IMG/VR virus record: IMGVR_UViG_3300021962_000027
Length of the DNA: 64,000 nt
Direction: 5' to 3' (one strand)
Source of the DNA: a virus
Both the position numbers and the translations under genes were made by a program. This document shows, in pieces, positions 40,601-52,400 of this stretch (the stretch's first letter is position 1; the number at the start of each line of letters is the position of its first letter). The notes beneath the pieces were generated by a model that had not been told where the DNA came from, made no database searches, and saw only the letters and a list, made by a program, of their open reading frames with translations.

Positions 40601-43600
40601 AGGGCTGCAAGAGCTATTGACCAAACAAAAACAAAATTTACTGATGGTTATAACTTCTCACCAAAAGGTAGTGGTGTGATCACACCATATAGAACTGAAA
40701 GGTTAAGTAAAGACGGTAAAGATGTTGTTGGTTATAAATATTTTGTTCCAGGTCTTGATGCCGCTGGTAACAGAGACCAAAAAAGAATGTATGATGAGGT
40801 TGAGTTATGTAGAACATGGACAAAAGCTAAACCCTTCACAAAAATTACTGATCTTATTAGATGGAAAGAATTACACAGAAAAGAAAGAAACTCAGTATTA
40901 GATAGATATGGTAACTTAAACATCCACCCCTCAGCGCTTAACGTTAATGAAGGTTATGGTAGGTTAGGTGACGGTCTTGGTGATGCTGTTGTTGAAGCTT
41001 TTGGCGAAAAAAGAGCTAGAAAATACATGTTCTCTATTGAGAATCTAGCTTGGAGAGAAGCTAGATTATTCGCAGATTTACCACCTTGTGAGAAGGGTAG
41101 TAATGGTGGTAGAATTATGTGGTTCCCACCATATAATATTAGATTTACTGATGATACAACAACAAACTGGACAGCACACCAATTCCTAGGTAGACCAGAG
41201 CCAATATACACTTACCAAAATACCGAAAGATCTGGTACTTTGAGTTGGGATATAGTTGTTGATCACCCAACAATCTTGAATTTATTAGTTTCTAAAGAGT
41301 TTGCATCATTAACAGATGGTGAAGTCGATGAATTATTAGCTGCTTTCTGGGCTGGTTGTTTAGAATACGATGTTTTTGAATTAGCTAGAATATGGGGCGT
41401 GTTTAGTGAGTCTGATATTGAATACTTCCAAAAAGTAATAGAAGATTTGGACATAAGACTCCCTAATGAAGTGATCAGGAAAAAAATTAAAAGTTCTGGT
41501 GTTAATAATGATAAAAAAGTTGAAATAGAAACTGATGATAAAGCAGCGCCTGCGATACCACAATTTAACTTATTTTTCGAAAACGATATACCATTACCAT
41601 CAAATAGATATAAAGTAAAAACATTTACTGTCGATCCGTATGATAAATATTTTCAAATATATACTGATTTAGCAAATGGTGTAAACATAGATAAAAACTC
41701 TGAATATCAAGAAGAAGCTGTTTGGGGTAATACTTACGGTTCTGGTTTAGCTGATAAAAATTGGATTCGTTATGATAAAACCATTGGTAATAAAATGCCA
41801 GAGGGTAGTAGATACTTTTTTGAAAAAGATAGAGAAAAGTTTCCAGCAAAAACATTTGGTTATGAACAACAATTCAATAGCCTAAAAGATAGTGATTATT
41901 CGGCAAAAAATTATGCATTAACAAAAGATTTTAATTTAAATATTGATATGGTTGCGCATGCATCACCATCCGCACCTGGTAATTCATTAGATAATATAAA
42001 AAAATATAATGATAAATTAGCTGCCAGACGTTTTGTTTCCGTAACAAAATGGTTTATACCAAATGTCTTAAGTAATGATACGATTAAATGTTATAATGTT
42101 AATGATGGTTTAGAAATAACACCAGAAACTATAAATAGTATTTTTAGTTCTGGTTTAGAGGAAACTAATACGATTACAATCCTAAGGGGTGATATAAATG
42201 AACCAACTAAAAGACAAAGAATAATTTTAACTGTTTCAGCTGCGGATGGTTTAACAACTGACGATGTGTTCCCAACGGACCCAACTTCTGACTACGCTAC
42301 TTTATTTGGTATGCCTAAAATATTTAATATTAATGGTGAGGATATACAATATTATGAAATAGCTTATGGTGATAAAATTTATTATATGGTTAAAACATAT
42401 GATGAATACGATAAAGTTGAAGGTCAATTTAAACCAAATGGTACGTTAATAAAAAATAGTCTAATTGGTACAGCTATTGCTATTAGAACAGATAATGGCA
42501 AAGCCACACAAATATACAGAAGACAAGCTGATGTTATTTGCGGTAACTTATCGTCAAACGCATCTTATGCTAGGAGAGTTGAGGTAAATTCTCTTTTAGC
42601 GCCTAAAGAAATACCTATTGAAAGAGTTACACCACCAGATCAAGACCCACCAGCTGAGATTGAGAAAAAATTTGTTACAACAAATGTAACTAAAAGGGAA
42701 ATAGCGCAAAGGATATTAAATAAATTATTAACGGAATGTGATTATTTTGAATATCTCTCAAAAGAGACGCCTATACTTTATGATAGTTTAAAAAGTAAAT
42801 TAAAGTATTTCACCCCAGCTTTCCACTCAATGACACCTGAAGGGTTAAACACTAGATTAACGTTCCTACAACAATGTATGAGACCTGGTGATACTATAAC
42901 TAAAAACCAGGGTCAAGGTAATTGTGATGCTAAAAACACCTCATTTGGTAAACCACCAGTTTGTGTTTTACGAATAGGTGACTTTTACCACACAAAAATT
43001 ATTATTAATAGTTTGAATATAAGTTATGATCCTTTGGTTTGGGATTTAAACCCAGAAGGTATTGGTGTACAACCAATGTTAGCTAAAATTAATTTATCGT
43101 TCAAATACATAGGTGGCCAAGGTTTAAGGAGATATGTTGACCAATTACAAAACGCTTTATCATTTAACTATTACGCAAACACCGATGTCTATGACGAAAG
43201 AACATTTGCTAATACAGATAGAAGAGAAAGGGATTTAATTAACCTTGAACAAGATTTCTTTGCTCAAAACTCATTGGATTTAATACCTATTGTGGCTCAA
43301 GCTAAATTAATAACACCTTCAACTGAATATTTACCAGTTCCTGCTGGTACAATTGGTATAATTAGTCAAAGGTTATTACCAAAATTAGCTGGTGGCACAT
43401 ATTTTAATAGTTTAGTTTCCGCAACACCATTTGACCCAGTAACAGATTTCCCAGCTGAAGCGTGTGTTGTTTACCAAGGCCAATATTATGTTAGAAAGGT
43501 AGCGAAATACCCAGAATCTGGACCAACATTACCAACAGACACAAACACTTGGACAGCTGTTGATCAATCAAACTTTGGTGAATTCGCATTCAGGGAAGAA

Positions 43601-46165
43601 TACGGTAGATATTATATCAACCAATTCGATGTTAAGTACGATGGTATTTTTGGTGAGTTATATAAAACATTCGGTGAGTATGTTTATGCATTAACAGGTG
43701 AAAATGAGACTGGTATTACGTATGTAAATGAAAAATATAGAACATTATCTGATATCCTTAGAAAGAAAAATTATGCAAAACCTATCGCAACTAGTGGTGA
43801 TACAATATCATCAATAATATCTAGTATTAGCGGGAATACAATACCTGTAGGTGGTTTTAGTGGTTTAACTTTTTATGAGGTTTTTACTAATATTGCTAGT
43901 GATAAAAGATATCTTGAATTAGGTGACATTTTTAAAAAACACCCATTCTTCTTAGGTAAAAACAACAATAAACCAGAGCAGTTCGAAGCATTAAAACTTA
44001 ATTTACACCCACAAGAATATATGTTTAAAGTTGGTGATGGACTTGGTATACCATATAAATTTGAGGCTTTAACAAATGCACCCAATAATGGTAGAAGCAC
44101 CAAGTATTTTCAAGGTAGCTTCACAAACGGTTACACCAATTATTTTGATGGCGTATCTGAAACAGGTGGTATCTTCTTTAAAGAGAGCTCAACATCACAA
44201 AAAATATATGAATCGATAATGGATAATTTCGCCTTAGAGTTTAAAACTAAGATAAGATTAAACTTATTACCGATTTGGGATGCTAAATACGACACTAACC
44301 TAAACACTTTTGACGGTTTCAACACTAAATTAGATGATGTTCATAGAATTATGTTTAGAACTTATTTAACTAACTTATTTGATTCTTATTATAGCGGACT
44401 TAAATCAAATAATGAGGAGACTACAAATACCATAAACGATAAAATCGCTAAAATGAGTGTCATACTTTCTGGTTTATCACTACCATTATATGGTTATGAC
44501 GCTAAATACACAGAAGATGGTAAGGCTCAATTATATGAAATAGTACCAAATGCTAAAAAACTCACAACAAAGGTAACAGATGCTAATATGTTTGGATATA
44601 ACCCTTACGATCAATATAAGAAATTAAATATTAGTGGTGGGGAGATAATTAATTTTTCAGATATTAACACCATATTCCAAAATACTAGTAGTAGTGGGTG
44701 GGACGGTAGTATATCACCAACATTAATGGATTATATAGGTTTGGGTAATGGTTTATACTTCTTTAAACAATTAACTAATGAGTGTATTACTGGTACAACA
44801 AATAACCCATTCCCAACTGGTGAAACAACAAATGTTATGTACGAATACGTTAGGAATATGGAATTCATACAACAAGTATTTGGTTATGAGAACATAAGTG
44901 ATTTACCAAACCAGTATAATTTTAAAAATTGTTTACCGAAAGCTGTTGCGTTCTCAAATAGCGCAATTGTGATGGCTAATCTACACAACTATTATTTTGA
45001 AACACCGTTTTCATTTAACCCTAACGAATTTGGTGTGTCACCATCAGCTAGATTATTGGAAACAACAGCTGATAACTTAACAACCAGATTATCGGATGGA
45101 AGTATTGGTAATACCATTAATAATTCATTTAGTACTAACGATTATGAAATGAAATATACGTGGGAAAAATTAAATTACGAGATGTTAGAATTCAGTAATA
45201 GGACTCTTGATTTAATGTTATCCGATGATTTAGAGACTAAATTAAATGATGTTGATTTTACGTTCACACCATCTTTATCATTTGACACGCAATTAGAAAA
45301 CCTAACAGGTACTACAATTGATGGAAGTGCAACTGGTAATACAATATCTAAATCATTATTTTATTATGGTGATAACAAAAAACCAAACCAATTTTTAACC
45401 GATGTTAATTATTATTTATTTAATGAAGATAACCCTAACATAACTGGAACTAATTTAGCTAGCATTTTAGGTAATCTAAATAATTTGTTAAAATATAATT
45501 TCACGATAAATGAACACTTTATTTCATCTTTACCAGATAATAATAAAACTGTTTTATCGGGTACAACTGTTAATGGTGGCACAACTGATTTAATACAATT
45601 AAGTGCTATGCATGAACTTATTTTTATGGAGTTTATTGTTAATTTAAACAATGATAAGAACATTCATATAGAAGCGTTAAAAACACAATTCCTTGAATCA
45701 ATATCCATTCCAGCTAATATAAAAGACAAACCTAAGAAGGTTGAGAAATATATCGCACAAAAAACAAAAGAAATTGAAGGTGTTATAAAAGACACGTTTA
45801 ATTTAATATCTAAATTTGTTATTGAATTTGATTCGGTTATAGGTGATTTATATTTTTATAACATGGATATAAAAAATCAAACAATTAAGAAAATAAATAA
45901 AAATGTTTTTGATAGCGCTGATAATGAGTACTTGATGTCTTCTGATGAGATGAAAAATAAACTAATAAAGGGTGGCCCAGAGGATTATACCTTAACTATG
46001 AGAGAAACTAGTAAATTAGATAACACCATCGTTAGAAACTTAAAACTATTTACAAAATACAAGAGTGACCCTATTATTAATATAAGCTCTGTACTAGAGG
46101 CTGAGACCGAACCAGTTGCAACAAAGACTGAATTAGCGAAGCAATGGCCAGAATTATATGATTAA
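37664..46165 (+). CDS. giant baseplate/tube-initiator protein (2833 aa) with N-terminal repeats, an OmpA-like insertion and a CBM-like module
   Basis: Tube-initiator-like halves (WFPPY...W....LGRPEPIYTY.NTERSGTLSW and PPVCVLRIGDFY...SLNISYD...QPM). Located after the TMPs and before the LysM gene. Confidence 0.7.
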   Translation: MSLNSISGQFRNTVLNLNLQSPPDIVTGLVNLTNSVTVSAYLDSLGQDAVVNNFSVQNPGDVDTAGNPARLANLNRTLNTPTDITTGITDLTVNQQYVASFISGRGSVTTINDYTNVNPGDVLTEAVNPRLLDLNKNLNTPTDITAGVQALTPNAQFASQYLSGRGSFSVINDFNVINPGDVLTDAVSPRLLDFSRNLNTPTDITAGVNDLTPNAALAAQYLSGRGSFSVINDFVVINPGDVINDAIAPRILNFAQTLNTPTDITAGVQDLTPNSTLAAQYLSGRGSFAPVNTSPNINPGDVINDAVAPRTLNFNRTLNTPTDITAGLNDLSGAYAAQYLAGRGSFSVINDYININPGNVQTDAVAPRTLNFNRTLNTPIDITAGLNDLSGTYAAQYLAGRGLDTVINDFNNINPGNVVVQSLAPRTLNLNRNLNTPIDITAGLTNLSGSFASQYLAGRGLDTIINNFQVLNPGDVMTEGLAPRTLNLSMTLNTPIDITSGISTLTANASLAAQYLAGRGTNAAINTSPNINPGDVVTIANPQRISLFNRNIIKDPLNDATDQFTIANPGTVAIGADTVINDFTVLNQSELAPFTQQWINSNIRNRYQAELTELVDKTGDIFLNTDPNTPQNPYLTEDKLNNADPTQLVMGDFLNLPTASTPLSALLGADLNVANLLTEPGVKNDTLLAQIGALELKFHLEARIAAKLAQEALGLTTLDDMVTNPLKLAEAIKNPSSIIERGNADITTFKGGLGKVASFISDVSGLGGLTSAFFTDDSIVLRPTCFSESEYGTYDIEKKIEDRDINRIEETGRGQRFSLFLNLGINKYTPDFVVKLGRSDKKMLESSAKTQTGVEDVMFKTYISGGINGTFYLLQDINGLQVKANTELTRAITKGPANQENYYSEPGVETVSKYSSVQTSFVWRGSTMETFLDPVNKQTLTDDWDGRIKDNDTLSKTKTFRDCSILDVTQTLLEAGVENRAARAIDQTKTKFTDGYNFSPKGSGVITPYRTERLSKDGKDVVGYKYFVPGLDAAGNRDQKRMYDEVELCRTWTKAKPFTKITDLIRWKELHRKERNSVLDRYGNLNIHPSALNVNEGYGRLGDGLGDAVVEAFGEKRARKYMFSIENLAWREARLFADLPPCEKGSNGGRIMWFPPYNIRFTDDTTTNWTAHQFLGRPEPIYTYQNTERSGTLSWDIVVDHPTILNLLVSKEFASLTDGEVDELLAAFWAGCLEYDVFELARIWGVFSESDIEYFQKVIEDLDIRLPNEVIRKKIKSSGVNNDKKVEIETDDKAAPAIPQFNLFFENDIPLPSNRYKVKTFTVDPYDKYFQIYTDLANGVNIDKNSEYQEEAVWGNTYGSGLADKNWIRYDKTIGNKMPEGSRYFFEKDREKFPAKTFGYEQQFNSLKDSDYSAKNYALTKDFNLNIDMVAHASPSAPGNSLDNIKKYNDKLAARRFVSVTKWFIPNVLSNDTIKCYNVNDGLEITPETINSIFSSGLEETNTITILRGDINEPTKRQRIILTVSAADGLTTDDVFPTDPTSDYATLFGMPKIFNINGEDIQYYEIAYGDKIYYMVKTYDEYDKVEGQFKPNGTLIKNSLIGTAIAIRTDNGKATQIYRRQADVICGNLSSNASYARRVEVNSLLAPKEIPIERVTPPDQDPPAEIEKKFVTTNVTKREIAQRILNKLLTECDYFEYLSKETPILYDSLKSKLKYFTPAFHSMTPEGLNTRLTFLQQCMRPGDTITKNQGQGNCDAKNTSFGKPPVCVLRIGDFYHTKIIINSLNISYDPLVWDLNPEGIGVQPMLAKINLSFKYIGGQGLRRYVDQLQNALSFNYYANTDVYDERTFANTDRRERDLINLEQDFFAQNSLDLIPIVAQAKLITPSTEYLPVPAGTIGIISQRLLPKLAGGTYFNSLVSATPFDPVTDFPAEACVVYQGQYYVRKVAKYPESGPTLPTDTNTWTAVDQSNFGEFAFREEYGRYYINQFDVKYDGIFGELYKTFGEYVYALTGENETGITYVNEKYRTLSDILRKKNYAKPIATSGDTISSIISSISGNTIPVGGFSGLTFYEVFTNIASDKRYLELGDIFKKHPFFLGKNNNKPEQFEALKLNLHPQEYMFKVGDGLGIPYKFEALTNAPNNGRSTKYFQGSFTNGYTNYFDGVSETGGIFFKESSTSQKIYESIMDNFALEFKTKIRLNLLPIWDAKYDTNLNTFDGFNTKLDDVHRIMFRTYLTNLFDSYYSGLKSNNEETTNTINDKIAKMSVILSGLSLPLYGYDAKYTEDGKAQLYEIVPNAKKLTTKVTDANMFGYNPYDQYKKLNISGGEIINFSDINTIFQNTSSSGWDGSISPTLMDYIGLGNGLYFFKQLTNECITGTTNNPFPTGETTNVMYEYVRNMEFIQQVFGYENISDLPNQYNFKNCLPKAVAFSNSAIVMANLHNYYFETPFSFNPNEFGVSPSARLLETTADNLTTRLSDGSIGNTINNSFSTNDYEMKYTWEKLNYEMLEFSNRTLDLMLSDDLETKLNDVDFTFTPSLSFDTQLENLTGTTIDGSATGNTISKSLFYYGDNKKPNQFLTDVNYYLFNEDNPNITGTNLASILGNLNNLLKYNFTINEHFISSLPDNNKTVLSGTTVNGGTTDLIQLSAMHELIFMEFIVNLNNDKNIHIEALKTQFLESISIPANIKDKPKKVEKYIAQKTKEIEGVIKDTFNLISKFVIEFDSVIGDLYFYNMDIKNQTIKKINKNVFDSADNEYLMSSDEMKNKLIKGGPEDYTLTMRETSKLDNTIVRNLKLFTKYKSDPIINISSVLEAETEPVATKTELAKQWPELYD
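37715..39300 (+). repeat. about 9 tandem 174-180 bp (58-60 aa) coding repeats
   Basis: LNTPxDITxG cores (TP codons) at 37901, 38081, 38261, 38441, 38621, 38795, 38969 and 39143, plus a degenerate first unit. Confidence 0.95.
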
Positions 46166-46181
46166 ATAAAAAAATAGAAAA

Positions 46182-46505
46182 ATGGCTTTAAATTATTTTA
46201 ATCGATACAAAAAGTTGGATAGTGACGGAAAACATGTTTCCCCGCCTTTTATTAAATTAACCGAAAAACAAACGGATAAATTTACGACTTACGTTGTTAA
46301 TAAAAGTAGGTTGGATAAATTCAGTCAGCAGTTTTATGGAGCACCTTACTATGGTTGGTTAATATTAATGGCTAACCCTGAATTAGGTTCAAGTGAATGG
46401 GAATTCCCAGATAACTCAACAATAAGAATACCATTCCCTTTACAAGATAGTTTAAGAGAATATGACACAAAACTAAAAAATAGGTTGGATTATTATGGCG
46501 GTTAA
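46182..46505 (+). CDS. LysM/tail-X-like baseplate wedge protein (gp53-like)
   Basis: RLDKFSQQFYGAPYYGWLILMANP...IRIP. Confidence 0.85.
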   Translation: MALNYFNRYKKLDSDGKHVSPPFIKLTEKQTDKFTTYVVNKSRLDKFSQQFYGAPYYGWLILMANPELGSSEWEFPDNSTIRIPFPLQDSLREYDTKLKNRLDYYGG

Positions 46506-49410
46506 TTATAATGAAAAAATATTATCCACATTCGGTAAAAGAACGGTAAAATCAACCACTGGGGAACCAGATACTATATCAAACGGTGTATTTGTTGTTG
46601 ACCCGAATAAGATTGTTACAGAGGACGAAACGATAATACCTAGATACGTTAAACAGGAAGATCTTGTTATGTACGCAAACATAACGGCTAGATTAAACCC
46701 TGACAATTCCATTATTGAAAATGGTGATCAAAGTAGTGTTGTTACCATTGGTAGGGTTGGTGTTAATTTTTTAAACCCATTCTCAACAGCACCTAAAGAC
46801 AGTTCTGGTGCGATTAATTTTGGTGATAAAAAGAATAAGGATTATTTTACAACAGAATGGTCTGACTACTTCACTTCAAATTCTGAACAAGGAACCTTTT
46901 TTGACCCAGAAACTTTCGGTATATCTAATATTGATGTAACACATAATGCTAGTTTAACACCTATCATAAAAATTGAATTTATAGATGTACAAGGTAGGAC
47001 ATTGCTTGAAAGAGGTGATGACCCATATAACCCATATAATATTTTTTATAGATTCCCATACCCTTTATTTACTTTAACAATTAAGGGTTATTTCGGTAAA
47101 GCTATTGAATACCCGTTGTCGATGACAAAAACCACAACAACGTTTGATTCATCAACTGGTAACTACGTGATTAGAGCTGAGTTCTTATCAAGAACTTTCT
47201 CAGTTTACAATAACTTCTTGATGATATACGCCTATGCCGCACCATATATGTACGAAAGATCTGATGTCCAGGGTAGTTATTTAGGTAAACGATTAGTATC
47301 AGCATTATACCAAAAACAAAATGATGAATATGCTAAATTATATGGTAAAGACACACCAGAGTATTTAAAACACGAATTTGTTAAATTTCCAACGATACTA
47401 GATTTAACCAGAGCTCAAACAGTTCTTGGTTATGAAACATTAAGTATTGAGGATAAATTAAAACAAATTAATAAAGACAAAGAAAAGGCTTTAGGTTTTT
47501 ATGGGGAGTTAGACACCGCATATGAAAGTGGGTTAAAAAGTCAATTAGAAAATTGGGAGACTAATATATTAATTAAAAACAAAAGAGATGGTAAATATTT
47601 CTTAAAACAAGAAACAATTGATTCATTAAAATCAGATGAATTACCTGATCTTAGCATGACTAATTTTCCAGCTCCATATGAAATTTTTTATGGTTATAAC
47701 GATGTATTAACTTCTATGAATGATGGTGATAATGGTGTTAGCGCTGAACTAAAAACAGCTATATTCAATGCGGTTATTGCTGATACGAGTATACCAGAAG
47801 GTTATAAAAGTGGTTTAGATATAACAAATTTAAATTCACTAATTAAGGAAAGTTTATTATTGCTATTTTATACAGATTCAAACGATGAATCTAAATTAAA
47901 TGAGATTTATTATACTGAGATATATTTTAAACAATTACATAAAACAATATCTAAAGTTCTTTCAGAATATTATGATAAAGAAGAAACTACAATCGTAGAT
48001 AATTTAGGTTTACAGTTAAAAGAAAATTTAGGTTACGTACCAAACATGTCAAACGTTTTACGTATATTAATGAATAATATGCAAGTATTTTTAACAATGT
48101 TAAATCTAGTTGGGTTAAATGCGTCAAAACAGTTAATGGATGATGCTGGTAGAAGAACTAACCAGGAAAAATTCGGTGAGTATGACATACCAACAAACTC
48201 ACCTGGTGACAAAAGATTCTACCCATTCCCTAATTATTTTAAGAAAAAATTTGATACAAATACTGAAGATTTTATTTGGGAAAAGGTTTATCCCTGGACA
48301 AGAAAAACAGTTAATTGGTTTGAGGTTCAGTTTGTTGAGGAGATATATCGAGCGTTAGAACGTTTAAAAAAACTACCTAAAGATGGTATTGATAGCCAAA
48401 CCGAAGCTGACATACTTTTTCAAATCGAAGAAGCTAAAAAGGTTAAAGGTAATGTTATTAGCGATAAGAAAATAGCGTTATTGACAACATTATTGGTGGT
48501 TAATAATTTAGATTTTTATAATGATCAACAATCACCAAGAGAAACTGGTTTAGAGTTTATAGAAAAAATAATGTTATTTTCAACATTAGGTTATATTAAC
48601 ACAGCTGGCGATGTCACCAAGATAAATGATATCACTAAACTTTTTGTTGACCACGAATTTGATTTAATTGAAAGAAGATACGCTAATAAAGATGCTAATG
48701 ACATACATGATTTTTATAGTAATCTAGGTGTTTTTATTGGTCATAATGTTTATGAAGGTACCGAAACACCAACAAATTATGATAGGATATGTAATGAATT
48801 TGTTAATGGTACAGTTGTAACAACAGGTGGTAATTACACTAATGAAACAAATGGTGTTGCCATCGTTAATAATATTAATAATATTATCCCAGAGCTTAAG
48901 GCTTTGTTATCAACAAATTACACTATTAGTGAATTAAGGGATTTATATGTTAAAGTTGATAATATTATTAACCAAGCTACTGATATAACGGAATTTAAAA
49001 AATTATATCAATATAACCCATTAAAATATAAAAACAGGAAAAACTCTAATCAAGGTCAAACAACAAGATCATTATTTTTTAACGGATTGGATTCTCATGA
49101 TATGTACGATGGTTTTAGTGATTATTTAAATGATTACTCAACTAAATTACAAGCTTATAGAAAAACATCTTTAGTTTCCGCAAATAATGGTTATTTTTAT
49201 TCTTTAAACACTGAAAATGTGGACACGTTAAATTTTATCGTTAACGGTAGGGTTGAAGCCAATGACAGTAACTCCACACCTTTAACATTTGCTTTAAAAA
49301 CAGATGAATTACTTAAAGATGGTAAATTGGGGATGGAATTTGGGGGTTTAAACTTAGATAATACTAAAAAAATAACAAGTGGTACTAAGTATAGTAAAGT
49401 AAGAATATAA
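46495..49410 (+). CDS. baseplate hub protein, N-terminal part (gp27/late-control-D-like)
   Basis: FGISNI...IEFIDVQGR...YPLFTLTIKGYFGK...FDSSTGNY.I.AEF; follows the LysM gene. Confidence 0.55.
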   Translation: MAVNYNEKILSTFGKRTVKSTTGEPDTISNGVFVVDPNKIVTEDETIIPRYVKQEDLVMYANITARLNPDNSIIENGDQSSVVTIGRVGVNFLNPFSTAPKDSSGAINFGDKKNKDYFTTEWSDYFTSNSEQGTFFDPETFGISNIDVTHNASLTPIIKIEFIDVQGRTLLERGDDPYNPYNIFYRFPYPLFTLTIKGYFGKAIEYPLSMTKTTTTFDSSTGNYVIRAEFLSRTFSVYNNFLMIYAYAAPYMYERSDVQGSYLGKRLVSALYQKQNDEYAKLYGKDTPEYLKHEFVKFPTILDLTRAQTVLGYETLSIEDKLKQINKDKEKALGFYGELDTAYESGLKSQLENWETNILIKNKRDGKYFLKQETIDSLKSDELPDLSMTNFPAPYEIFYGYNDVLTSMNDGDNGVSAELKTAIFNAVIADTSIPEGYKSGLDITNLNSLIKESLLLLFYTDSNDESKLNEIYYTEIYFKQLHKTISKVLSEYYDKEETTIVDNLGLQLKENLGYVPNMSNVLRILMNNMQVFLTMLNLVGLNASKQLMDDAGRRTNQEKFGEYDIPTNSPGDKRFYPFPNYFKKKFDTNTEDFIWEKVYPWTRKTVNWFEVQFVEEIYRALERLKKLPKDGIDSQTEADILFQIEEAKKVKGNVISDKKIALLTTLLVVNNLDFYNDQQSPRETGLEFIEKIMLFSTLGYINTAGDVTKINDITKLFVDHEFDLIERRYANKDANDIHDFYSNLGVFIGHNVYEGTETPTNYDRICNEFVNGTVVTTGGNYTNETNGVAIVNNINNIIPELKALLSTNYTISELRDLYVKVDNIINQATDITEFKKLYQYNPLKYKNRKNSNQGQTTRSLFFNGLDSHDMYDGFSDYLNDYSTKLQAYRKTSLVSANNGYFYSLNTENVDTLNFIVNGRVEANDSNSTPLTFALKTDELLKDGKLGMEFGGLNLDNTKKITSGTKYSKVRI

Positions 49411-49411
49411 A

Positions 49412-52400
49412 ATGGGATTAGCTTTAGCAAATTTTTTAAAAGAAAGATATCTTAATAGTACCGACTCGGACTTAGGTGCCGTGATGTCAACTGCATATGA
49501 CGAATACAATAATAACATATTGTTGTCAACCGCAGAAAAATATCACGATGCGTTTAAAACCGAAACTTTATTTAAAAATGTACATGATCTACCTGTTAGA
49601 TACGGTACCCAATCAACCGCATACCAATCACCATCAACACCCGTTAACCACGCAATATTTGCGCAAAATATAGTAAATGAATCTAAAACTGGTAAATTAT
49701 TTAAAACAGCACAGCTGTTTATTTCTAGTTTAGCAACAGAGTCTAATAATGGGGTGGTATCACCAGCACAATTAGGTAAGATATTTAAAAGAACCCAAGG
49801 ATTAATTGAGGTACCCACCCACTTGGTGTTATACATTGGTGGATTATATGATTTTTATTATTATGGAACTCCAGATAATAATATTGATTTAAAAACAATT
49901 AACGGTGTTTCAAATAAAGATGGTAGTGATTTATTATCCAACCCTTTATTATTGAACAAACATTATGGTTCATACGCTTTCGATAACAATAACGCTGGTT
50001 TAAAAGCCGCAACGTTACCATTCGTAAAACCTCTAACCCCAAGATTCATTGATGATTTAATGTCATTTGATTATGAATCATATAGAGACCAGAAATTACC
50101 TAAAAATTATCGTGATACATATTATGATTATGAATTTAAACAGGATATCTCTTTAAGTAATAACATATCATCACATATACCATTTTCTGGTTACGGTGTT
50201 TTAAATAATTATTTAAACTCAATGTCATACCTATACTTCAATGAAGGTCTTGATGGTCAAACAAATGAAAATAGTAGTTTAAATGACGATGGTTTACCTT
50301 ACCATATAATTGGTAATTTTAGGGGTAAATTAAAAACGTTTAAAACATATAATGATCAGAATATAAATTTCCTAGGATCATATAATAGTTACGGACCTAA
50401 AGTTAAATTTAATATATCAACAGCAGACTCTGATTTAAACACTATAACTAGCGCCATAACATTTGACAATGATTTTTTATACACGGATAAAAATAATAAA
50501 GAAAAAATAGAATTCTTTTTACTTCTATCCAAGATAAAATGTAATTTTCTTGGTGGTTATATGGACACGGTTGATGTTTATAACATAGTTAGAAAACTGT
50601 GTGCTATTAATAATTTAAAAGCTAAACAGGATGATATTGAAATACCTGATTTTATCACTTTATTAATACACAGTTTAATACCACCAGATGGTAATGAACC
50701 AGACACAGATTCCAATAGAGTTAATAGGAACCTAACAATCTTAGATAAATATAATGTTGATTCAAGATCGTTCATCGGTTATATAGATATTAAAACTAAG
50801 GAGTATAATGAGTTATACACAATCATATTAATGATTAACCAGTTAACTGGTAACGACCTATATGATTACGCATCAAGACTATTGGTATCAATGTGGTCAA
50901 GAGAGTTTAACCAAAAAGAGAATAATAAACTTAAAGCATTAGACGGAAGAGGTTCATTTGTTGTTTACCCAAGTTGTGGTGGTGATATTAATGTTAATAA
51001 TTTATTTACACAAAACGATTTTGATTACGGTTTGGGTAATAATAAAGCGTCTATAAACCCTAAGTATAAGTACCAAAAAACTAATGTTGTACATACGGTA
51101 TTTGAAACACAAGGTGATGCCTATTTATCAAATTTAGTACATAATGATCCAGAATTTTTGGTAATCGATTCTAAGGTATCAAATGATATAACAAATTACT
51201 GGAACAGGACCTATTTATATTCGCAGATAAACCCTGGTTTAGCTGAATTTGTTTCCCTTAATAACTCACAAAACTATTCTGATAGAATAATACCTAAAAA
51301 TGTTACGGCAAATGATACCGCTTTAATGGGTATGTATTTACCCGTATATTTTAGACCAGAAAACGCCCCATCAAATGGCACATTCATCAATTATTTTGAT
51401 AGGTATGATGATGTTTATATCATTGCAAATACAACGGATCCAGAGGGTGTTAAGAGACTTAAATTCGATAACAAATCTTTAATATATAATACCAGTAGAT
51501 TATTTTGGTTTGATTCGCCAAACACTAGTGGCGTAATATACCCAGAGACTATTAAATTCGCCCCAAAAAATGCAACACAAAAACCAGATTTAATATCCGT
51601 TGATTATTACGAGTATAAACATTTCCATTTAAAAAACGGTAGTGTTTATGATTATAAAAACGGTGAGTTGTTTTATGACATGTCTAATACCGATGAAGAG
51701 GTTGTTAGATCTTATAACGATTTTAAAGCTGGGTCCACATTATATTCGACTTTTGAAAACTTAGTTAGTAATGCTGACAGTATCACTAATTATTATTCGG
51801 ATAACAAACAAATACAAGATGCGGATTCTGCAAAAATTTTATTAGATATTTTCGACATTGATAAATTAGAAGACTTCAGAACACTATTCAAAAAATTTGC
51901 TGATGGTACCCAAGAAAATTATTTTAATAAAACATTTAATACGTTTGATTTTAAATCATTGTTAAAACACACAACGATGTTTGGGTATAGCAACTTACCA
52001 AATAGTGTTGAATTATACGGTAGATCTTTCGGTAAAGATGAGTTATTGGCGCTGATTTGTGGTTACTCTGGTAATTTCATAGAATTCGCCTCTATAACTG
52101 GTTTAGCTAAGGTTATTAACACCGCATTAACTTTAGGTCAAGAAGATAAGGCTAGGTTCGTAATAGATGAATTTTTAAACGCAAAAATAACCGTAAATAA
52201 TTACTCAACAGGTGGACCATTAACAATAGAGAGTTCCGATTTAAATAACCCAAATGGTTTAAGATTAAATTCGTTTATTTTTAACCCAATTATAGCATAT
52301 TCAACAAACACAAGAACTTATGAAAATATCGTGGCATCGCTTGGTGATGTTTTGTTATTCAGAACAATTTTATTCGGTGATCAAAATATTTCAGGGTATA

